64,000 nucleotides of DNA from positions 896,001 through 960,000 of the forward strand of contig CBDFJR010000002.1 in NCBI GenBank assembly GCA_965248535.1, in the 5' to 3' direction. Numbering within the stretch: the first letter of the stretch is position 1; every line of letters starts with the position of its first letter. Shown one piece after another: positions 63,642 to 64,000 of this stretch. The position numbers and the translations under genes were made by a program. The notes beneath the pieces were generated by a model. The model did no database searches. It saw nothing but the letters and a program-made list of their open reading frames with translations, and was not told the DNA's origin. This DNA comes from Phormidesmis sp. (GTDB lineage: Bacteria > Cyanobacteriota > Cyanobacteriia > Leptolyngbyales > Leptolyngbyaceae).

Positions 63642-63712
63642 AGCGGGTAGCGAGAATCGAACTCGCAACTAATGCTTGGGAAGCATTCATTTTGCCACTA
63701 AACTATACCCGC
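63642..63712 (-). tRNA. trnG: tRNA-Gly(CCC)
   Basis: GCGGGTA acceptor stem; anticodon arm AATGC-TTCCCAA-GCATT; T-arm GCGAG-TTCGATT-CTCGC. Confidence 0.95.
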
Positions 63713-63737
63713 GACTAGTTATCTAGCCATCATACCG

Positions 63738-64000
63738 CTATTTGTGAGCAGAAAAACTACCCGATGGTCCATTTGCCCCGATCGTGTCTTCCGATCGCCG
63801 TTTCATCGAGCCTTTGAGCAACTTGCCAAAAATCAGCACCTGCCAGCGATCGATATAGGTAAAGATCACCGGAACCACCACCAGCGTTAGCAGCGTTGAG
63901 GTGAGCAAACCGCCGATCACGGCGATCGCCATCGGGCTTCTCGACTCAGAGCCAGCCCCAATGCCCATCGCGATCGGAATCATGCCCGCAATCATGGCGA
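63738..64000 (-). CDS. C-terminus of an RND efflux permease (gene starts outside the window)
   Basis: [43 protein letters not shown]. Confidence 0.9.
   Translation of the reverse strand, partial: AMIAGMIPIAMGIGAGSESRSPMAIAVIGGLLTSTLLTLVVVPVIFTYIDRWQVLIFGKLLKGSMKRRSEDTIGANGPSGSFSAHK

Overview
Chromosomal window of a cyanobacterium. Support: dense HIP1 octamer GCGATCGC, psaK, chlL/chlN and an NtcA-type promoter. Core genes: a PatA-CheY-CheW-MCP(GAF)-CheA taxis operon, psaK, a nirB-ntcB-cnaT-like nitrate-regulatory trio, ppa, chlL-DUF5331-chlN, potADBC, mrdA, an OYE/GST/nitroreductase/RND detoxification cluster, a divergent sucrose synthase with a GH65-betaPGM fusion, and tRNA-Gly(CCC). Accessory elements: (i) a REP-associated tyrosine transposase bracketed by palindromes, with covarying copies elsewhere in the window; (ii) a ~460-bp protein-less IS200/IS605-type element with its own promoter and an apparent TnpB omegaRNA; (iii) an AT-rich, tightly coupled three-gene cassette (TIGR04255-like protein, small Ser/Thr-rich protein, PemK/MazF-like protein), the best candidate for an undescribed tripartite toxin/defence system; (iv) an AT-rich secreted VWD-domain gene and several toxin-antitoxin remnants. 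Five conserved genes carry single-base frameshifts, probably assembly indels. All family calls come from motif recognition by eye; no searches were run.
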